Positions 63,331 to 64,000 of a stretch of 64,000 nucleotides of DNA are shown one piece after another; the stretch's first letter is position 1; the number at the start of each line of letters is the position of its first letter. Source of the stretch: Octopus sinensis (Eukaryota). Below the pieces are notes generated by a model. It did not search any database and had not been told where the DNA came from. It worked only from the letters and a program-made list of their open reading frames with translations. The position numbers and the translations under genes were made by a program. Location: assembly GCF_006345805.1 (NCBI RefSeq), contig NC_043005.1, forward strand, positions 69,502,001-69,566,000, in the 5' to 3' direction.

Positions 63331-64000
63331 ACCTGCGAATCCGAATACATTGAATTGAGGACACCCTAATCTACCTTAGTCGTTTAACCTATCAAAATAC
63401 TACAACTACCATCTGGAAGACACATCGCGGTAGCTCCTAGTTCAGAACGCACATTCGGGAAATCCAGTCGATACCTGTTTGACAGTTGTAAAAGTCTGAG
63501 GATCGTTTCTAGGTTTCTGTATTGCCCTCATTGGGTAACCCTACACAATCCCATCATAATCCCAAATAATCTCCATTTCACTACCAGTACTAAAGACACG
63601 AATCTTCCTTGTAAGTTGACTGCCTCTAGTCTGAAGTCATTGCCTTTACTGTCACTCAAATTTAGTATCACCAATTTACCTGGTCGAATCGAGGATGATC
63701 ACATGAATATCTAAGCCCAAAACTTTCCGACCATAAGACGAGTACGTGTTATAATTGTCAAACATCGAGCTGAATGCCTTCGTCCCGGAAATTCGGGCTT
63801 CCATACCAATGGCTACCATATCAAGGTCAGAGTACCTGCGGTCGTTGAACAAGTGAACTTGCTTCGAAGCACACTACAGATCATCGACATTGATACATCT
63901 TATTCTATTATTGGAAAAATTAAAGGAAGAATTCATTCACCTACGTCACTTTGAGGCATTTAGAGTGGCGGATGGTCTGTGATCTATCGAGGTGGGTGTT

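Overview
AT-rich, microsatellite-dense eukaryotic DNA. The repeat families resemble octopus/cephalopod repeats as I recall them; this is not verified by a search. No host protein-coding gene can be supported and the window is almost entirely transposon-derived. Contents: a Chapaev3-like (CMC) transposase remnant, four mariner remnants, a piggyBac remnant, RTE fragments, a near full-length CR1-clade LINE (54809-59307, minus), several Penelope-like elements (PLEs), and three tRNA-derived SINE families. Most notable: (1) two divergent ORF1-only (gag/CCHC, no RT) retroelements inserted in tandem at the same 13-16 bp site in the tRNA head of a SINE, with three copies of the target; this looks like a SINE/tRNA-targeting non-autonomous family. 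(2) Four minimal type I hammerhead ribozyme motifs not annotated by the ORF track, including a U3:A8 compensatory variant and a divergently oriented pair in a 165-bp-arm inverted repeat. (3) A PLE with a twin-priming-type 5' inversion. Many short ORFs in the track are microsatellite artefacts. Homopolymer indels and two near-identical duplications suggest imperfect long-read consensus or assembly.
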